From: Moraxellaceae bacterium AER2_44_116
Lineage (GTDB): Bacteria; Pseudomonadota; Gammaproteobacteria; Pseudomonadales; Moraxellaceae
Assembly (NCBI GenBank): GCA_006546595.1
Contig: VIAD01000019.1
Location: 17,493 to 49,492, forward strand
Length of the DNA: 32,000 bases
Direction of reading: 5' to 3'
Under the pieces are notes generated by a model, which made no database searches, was not told where the DNA came from, and worked only from the letters and a program-made list of their open reading frames with translations. Every line of letters starts with the position of its first letter. Within the stretch, counting starts at the first letter, position 1. Position numbers and translations under genes: made by a program. Of this stretch, positions 27,842 through 32,000 are shown one piece after another.

Positions 27842-29011
27842 TCATGTGCTTTCTCGATGGCGATAACGTCGCCATAGTAACAGTTGCTCACGTTGATTTG
27901 CTAATGCCGTCAATAATGGCTTGGTCAACAAATCATAACGCCAACCTTGTAAAGCCAAAGGCAACTCAGCGGCCTCACCGTGATCGATATAGCCCAACAC
28001 CAAATTATCTAACCAGCGTTTGCGTAACAAGACATCCGCGGGAATTTGATGCTGTTTGGCAACACGATCAGCAATAACACGCAACTCATCAAACAACACT
28101 TTTGCTTGTTTTGGTAATGGCAACGGCAATAACGGCGGACATTGCTCATCGGGTTTATCATTGGCTTGTTTGATAATTTGTAAAATCATTTGACCGTGCT
28201 TTTGATAAGTGCGCGGATGCAAATCTTCAATACGTGATAGTTTTGCCAAGGTCTGTGGCGCTTCTTGGACAATGGCCAATAAGGTATGATTTTTCAAGAC
28301 AAATGTCCGTGGAATATCATGTAAACGCGCAGAGCCTTCACGCCACATCGCCAACATTTTCAACAGCGATAATTGACGACGATTAAATTGCCATGCATTA
28401 CTAAACTGTTGATAAATCGTCAGCATCGGGGGCACAGGAGCACCTTCTTTCAGCATTAACTGACAATCTTCTTGGCAATAGGCTAACAAATTGCGCTCTA
28501 TTAATTGGCCGACGACAAACTCATATAATTTGGGCAAATGTTCAACATCTGAAGCGGCATAACGTAATTGATCCGCTGATAATGGCCGAGCTAACCAATC
28601 CGAACGGGTTTCTGCTTTGCTAATATCGACATTTAAAAATTCTTTCAGCGCGCGTTGATAGCCTATTTGTAAACCATAGCCCAAAAATGCCAAGCCCACT
28701 TGCGTATCAAAAATATTTGTCATCTTGTTTTGCGGATATTGATAGAAAAATACTTCAATATCTTCTGAACAGGCATGAAGAATCTTCAAGCTCCGTGGGT
28801 TAGCAAATATCGGCCCAATGTCGTTGGTATCTAAAGCGACAGGGTCTACCAAATAAATGGCATTATTAATGTTTAATTGCGTCAGTGCGGATTGCGGATT
28901 AAAGGTATTCACCCGCATAAATTCGGTATCAAGGGCAATGGTGTTAGCCGTTGCCCATGAAGGTAATAATTCTGCAAAACGGCGTTGGTCTGTTATTAGT
29001 TCCCAGTTCAT
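27842..29011 (-). CDS. rnd: Ribonuclease D
   Basis: MNWELITDQ... aligns with E. coli RNase D MNYQMITTD. DEDD exonuclease motifs are present (ALDTEF, HACSEDIEVF, YAASDVEHL), followed by an HRDC-like region. The ATG at 29009-29011 overlaps the upstream stop (TGATG). Confidence 0.9.
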   Translation of the reverse strand: MNWELITDQRRFAELLPSWATANTIALDTEFMRVNTFNPQSALTQLNINNAIYLVDPVALDTNDIGPIFANPRSLKILHACSEDIEVFFYQYPQNKMTNIFDTQVGLAFLGYGLQIGYQRALKEFLNVDISKAETRSDWLARPLSADQLRYAASDVEHLPKLYEFVVGQLIERNLLAYCQEDCQLMLKEGAPVPPMLTIYQQFSNAWQFNRRQLSLLKMLAMWREGSARLHDIPRTFVLKNHTLLAIVQEAPQTLAKLSRIEDLHPRTYQKHGQMILQIIKQANDKPDEQCPPLLPLPLPKQAKVLFDELRVIADRVAKQHQIPADVLLRKRWLDNLVLGYIDHGEAAELPLALQGWRYDLLTKPLLTALANQREQLLLWRRYRHREST

Positions 29012-30156
29012 CACAATCCCAGTTGTTTGGCGATCACCTCATTCATAATTTCATGAGTGCCGCCACCAATTGATAAAATACGGTTATCCCGATACAGTCG
29101 CTCTACTAAACTGGCGCGCATAAAACCCATGCCGCCAAAAATCTGTACGGCTTCGTAGGTTAGTTTGTCGCTCACTTGTGTGGCAAAATTCTTTGCCATA
29201 GAGACTTCTTTAACCGCAGGAATACCATCGGCAATTTGCGCCGCGACACGATAGGTAAACTCGCGGCTTGCTTCTAGTTCGGTAGCCATATCGGCTAATT
29301 TATGGCGAATCACCTGCATTTTGGCTAAGGGTTTTCCAAAAGCAACACGCTGATGCACATAGTTTAAGCTTTCTTCTAATGCTAACTGCGCGGTCATATT
29401 TGCCATAACGGCCAAGTTTAAGCGTTCTTTCTGAAAATTGCTCATAATAACAAAGAACCCAGCGTTTTCTGCACCAATTAAATTGCTTTTGGGGACTAAA
29501 ACATCATCAAAAAACAGCTCGGCGGTGTCACTCGCCCACCAACCCATTTTTTTCAGCGGTTGACCAACCGAAAATCCTGCACGCTCACGCTCAATTAACA
29601 ACAAACTAATACCGCCGTAACCGACATCTCCTGTACGCACCGCCACCGTGTAATAATCAGCTCGACAGCCCGAGGTAATAAACGTTTTACTGCCATTCAC
29701 GCGATAAAACTCCCCTTCACTGACGGCACGGGTTTTTAAGTTCGCAACATCTGAGCCGCCTGAGGGTTCGGTAATCGCCAAGGCTGCAATTTTTTCACCT
29801 CGTAAGACGGCGGGCACGATCCGCTGTTTGAGCTCGTCGCTCCCCCAATTTTCAATGGGTGGTAAACCGATATCTAAAGAACCTAGACTGGCCACTAAGC
29901 CACCCGAGCCAACACGCATTAACTCTTCACTGGCGGCTATTTTCATAAAAATATCGTTACCAGAACCGCCTAATGCTTCGGGATGGTCGATACCCAATAA
30001 ACCAGCCTCACCTGCCAAATTGTATAATTCACGCGGAAATGTGCCTGCTTCTTCCCAGTCATTAATGAAGGGACGAATATGTTGATCGACGAATTTGCGC
30101 GTGGTTAATCGCACTTGTTGATGGGTGTCGGTGAAATAAGAAGTATAGAGAGCCAT
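29011..30156 (-). CDS. Acyl-CoA dehydrogenase family protein
   Basis: 381-aa ORF with ACAD motifs (ALAITEPSGGSDV, NGSKTFITSG, QIFGGMGFM and the C-terminal GGGTHEIM region carrying the catalytic Glu). Confidence 0.9.
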   Translation of the reverse strand: MALYTSYFTDTHQQVRLTTRKFVDQHIRPFINDWEEAGTFPRELYNLAGEAGLLGIDHPEALGGSGNDIFMKIAASEELMRVGSGGLVASLGSLDIGLPPIENWGSDELKQRIVPAVLRGEKIAALAITEPSGGSDVANLKTRAVSEGEFYRVNGSKTFITSGCRADYYTVAVRTGDVGYGGISLLLIERERAGFSVGQPLKKMGWWASDTAELFFDDVLVPKSNLIGAENAGFFVIMSNFQKERLNLAVMANMTAQLALEESLNYVHQRVAFGKPLAKMQVIRHKLADMATELEASREFTYRVAAQIADGIPAVKEVSMAKNFATQVSDKLTYEAVQIFGGMGFMRASLVERLYRDNRILSIGGGTHEIMNEVIAKQLGL

Positions 30157-30198
30157 GAGATACGCCTGTCACTGAAAGTAGAATCAGGCAATACTGTC

Positions 30199-30242
30199 AT
30201 ATTTTATATAAACAACCAAGCGATTGCTTGGTATATTTTATA
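30199..30242 (-). promoter_or_regulatory. Palindrome flanked by 10-bp direct repeats upstream of the acyl-CoA dehydrogenase gene (candidate operator overlapping promoter)
   Basis: ATATTTTATA (30199-30208), then TAAACA, then ACCAAGC-GATT-GCTTGGT (30215-30232), then ATATTTTATA (30233-30242). On the minus strand the repeats read TATAAAAT (-10-like), and the proximal one lies ~45 nt upstream of the ATG at 30156. Confidence 0.4.
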
Positions 30243-30295
30243 CAATCGTCCAACAACTATTTTAGATCGTAAAAAGACACATCTATACTGAATTT

Positions 30296-30892
30296 TTAAG
30301 AATAATTCTGCCGCTGACTCAACGCCCGCGCTAAGGTATGACTATCTACCATTTCCAACTCTCCACCCAATGGCACTCCATGAGCGATACGAGTCACATT
30401 GACACCACAAGCACGACTCGCTTCCCGAATATAATGAGCCGTTGCTTCGCCTTCCACAGTCGCATTGGTTGCCAAGACCAACTCCGTCACCTTGCCATGC
30501 TTTAATTTGGCAATTAGCTGAGGAATGCCTAATTCTTGCGGCCCTATCCCATCTAACGGTGATAAATGCCCCGATAAGACAAAATATAAACCACGATAAC
30601 TGCCACTTTGTTCAATCGCTAAAATATCGGCAGGAGACTCAACCACACACAACAACTGCTGCTCACGGGAAGGATTAGCACAGATTTGACACACTTCTTC
30701 TTCGGTAAATGTCCGACAGTCCTGACAATGACTGACGTGACTCATGGCATCCGCCAATGCCGCACTTAAACGTTGACCACCTTGACGATTTCTTTCGAGC
30801 AGATGTAATGCCATCCGTTGTGCCGACTTAGGGCCAACACTAGGTAATACACGTAAAGCAGCGATCAATTCTGAAACAAGGGGGCTAAACAT
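30296..30892 (-). CDS. recR: Recombination protein RecR
   Basis: [32 protein letters not shown] is the canonical RecR helix-hairpin-helix N-terminus. A C4 zinc finger (CQDC...CQIC) and a Toprim domain follow. Confidence 0.95.
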   Translation of the reverse strand: MFSPLVSELIAALRVLPSVGPKSAQRMALHLLERNRQGGQRLSAALADAMSHVSHCQDCRTFTEEEVCQICANPSREQQLLCVVESPADILAIEQSGSYRGLYFVLSGHLSPLDGIGPQELGIPQLIAKLKHGKVTELVLATNATVEGEATAHYIREASRACGVNVTRIAHGVPLGGELEMVDSHTLARALSQRQNYS

Positions 30893-30937
30893 AATTCTTT
30901 ATCTGAGCGTAGAAAAGGAAGTCTATTTTCGGTTGCC

Positions 30938-31046
30938 AACTCCCTCACTCTAACTCTCTCCCTCGGGGAGAGAGGACTTAATGCCCCCTCTCCCCGAGAG
31001 AGACGACTGCAAGAATGCAGGAGTTAGAGCAACGCAGGAGTGAGGG
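30938..31046. repeat. Nested palindromic (REP/MITE-like) element in the ybaB-recR intercistronic region
   Basis: The outer inverted repeat is CTCCCTCACTCTAACTC (30940-30956) versus GAGTTAGAG-N8-GGAGTGAGGG (31021-31046). Inside are the hairpin CTCTCTCCC-TCG-GGGAGAGAG (30953-30973) and a degenerate second copy, CTCTCCCCGAGAGAGA (30988-31003). Confidence 0.6.
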
Positions 31047-31058
31047 TTTGCCGTCCAC

Positions 31059-31388
31059 TTAAAACGGTAATTTCATGCCAGCAGGTAAACCTAAACCTGC
31101 GGTTGCACCTGACATTTTTTCTTGACTAATATTTTCGACTTTACGCACCGCATCATTCACCGCCGCCGCAATTAAGTCTTCTAAGACATCTTTATCTTCT
31201 TGCAATAACTCTGGTGCAATCACAACACGCTTCACGTCATATTTACCTGTCATGGTGATTTTGACTAAGCCTGCGCCTGACTCACCCATAATTTCGGTTT
31301 TGGCCAATTCTTCTTGCGCTTTTTGCATTTTGCCTTGCATCTGCTCTTGCATTTTTTGCGCTTGTTGCATGAGGGCATTGATATTCAT
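31059..31388 (-). CDS. ybaB: Nucleoid-associated protein YbaB/EbfC
   Basis: 109-aa ORF: [18 protein letters not shown]...[11 protein letters not shown]...[13 protein letters not shown]. Its start overlaps the dnaX stop (ATGA). It occupies the conserved dnaX-ybaB-recR position. Confidence 0.93.
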   Translation of the reverse strand: MNINALMQQAQKMQEQMQGKMQKAQEELAKTEIMGESGAGLVKITMTGKYDVKRVVIAPELLQEDKDVLEDLIAAAVNDAVRKVENISQEKMSGATAGLGLPAGMKLPF

Positions 31389-32000
31389 CGTTTTTCTCCA
31401 ACTATTAAAGATTCTGAAATTAACTGGGCATTAAATGTTTTCATCAGGTTTTGAACGATAGGGTCAGCCAAAAACGCGACTTCTGCTCGTTGCTTTAACT
31501 CGATTAACCGCCGTTCTTCGATTTGGGCAGGTGTTTCTGCAATCGGTTCGACCATTGCGAGTTGTAATTCTAACTGCGGATAGTCCTGCAACAAACAACT
31601 CTTTAAGGTTTCATACGACTGATGCGCCAACACATCATAACGTGGAGAGACCTCTAAGACCGCCGTTCCCTGTTGCTGCCCCTGTAACAGAGCATGTTTG
31701 GCCAAGTTTAAGGCCATTCCTGTTAATTTGCCATTCGTCACCCAATCGAACCAACGTTGTGGCGACCATAAGCCTTCCGCCACTATCGGTGCTTTATTAA
31801 ATGGCAAAATTGTCGCGGTGTGCGTCATTGTAGGTTCATCAGAAGGAATTTCTTCCACATGTGAGACAGCAGGCTCAGGAATATGCTCGGTTTTGGATGG
31901 ATTAATATCCGCTTCAACAGTCAAAACCACTTCTGACGTCACGGCAACTGGAACTGGAACTGGAACTGGAACTGGAACTGGAACTGGAACTGGAACTGGA
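31385..32000 (-). CDS. dnaX: DNA polymerase III subunit tau/gamma, C-terminal part; the 5' end lies beyond the window
   Basis: The reading frame stays open from 31942 to the window end; the track start is an internal GTG Val codon. The C-terminal tau domain is recognisable ([10 protein letters not shown]...[12 protein letters not shown]...[10 protein letters not shown]...[13 protein letters not shown]), and the position upstream of ybaB-recR is canonical. Confidence 0.85.
   Translation of the reverse strand, partial: PVPVPVPVPVPVPVPVPVAVTSEVVLTVEADINPSKTEHIPEPAVSHVEEIPSDEPTMTHTATILPFNKAPIVAEGLWSPQRWFDWVTNGKLTGMALNLAKHALLQGQQQGTAVLEVSPRYDVLAHQSYETLKSCLLQDYPQLELQLAMVEPIAETPAQIEERRLIELKQRAEVAFLADPIVQNLMKTFNAQLISESLIVGEKR
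31946..32000. repeat. Perfect hexanucleotide tandem repeat (AACTGG)n, at least 9 units, truncated by the window edge
   Basis: Nine uninterrupted AACTGG units run from 31946 to 31999 and the repeat continues at 32000. On the minus strand, in the dnaX frame, it reads (CCA GTT)n, which is (Pro-Val)n. Confidence 0.95.

Noticed and set aside
31946-32000. Tandem repeat at the window end considered as a possible CRISPR array or intergenic VNTR
   Set aside because: The units are 6 nt with no spacers. The tract lies in-frame inside the dnaX coding sequence, so it is a coding microsatellite and not a CRISPR array.

Overview
This window is mostly core housekeeping chromosome. Gene content and order point to a moderately AT-rich gammaproteobacterium: coaBC-dut, rpsF-rpsR-rplI-dnaB-alr, radA, fadBA, cvpA-purF-metZ, pyrD, rnd-ycgL and dnaX-ybaB-recR. 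I found no rRNA, tRNA, CRISPR array, transposase, integrase, phage gene or recognisable defence gene.

I do not see a convincing new multi-gene system. The parts not explained by housekeeping functions are:
1. A three-gene operon divergent from fadBA (15351-18723). It encodes a protein usually auto-annotated as a metal-dependent hydrolase, which shows an E/ExxH/E/ExxH di-metal pattern, followed by an SDR and a Baeyer-Villiger monooxygenase.
2. A two-gene YbjQ/UPF0145 module (3060-4457). One paralogue is fused to a multi-pass membrane domain, and the module lies next to an M48 peptidase gene.
3. A tightly packed minus-strand operon of acyl-CoA dehydrogenase, RNase D, YcgL, a small membrane protein and a MoxR-type AAA+ ATPase. 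The ATPase has no adjacent VWA partner.
4. Intergenic repeats. These are a MITE-like family with three copies, a nested palindromic element that splits ybaB from recR, and an identical 16-bp palindrome at two loci.
5. A perfect hexanucleotide microsatellite that encodes a (Pro-Val)n tract inside dnaX and runs off the window end.
6. An orphan plus-strand terminator with upstream hairpins that could mark a small RNA between alr and a lipoprotein gene.

All functional calls come from reading the translated ORFs and recognising motifs. No database search was run.
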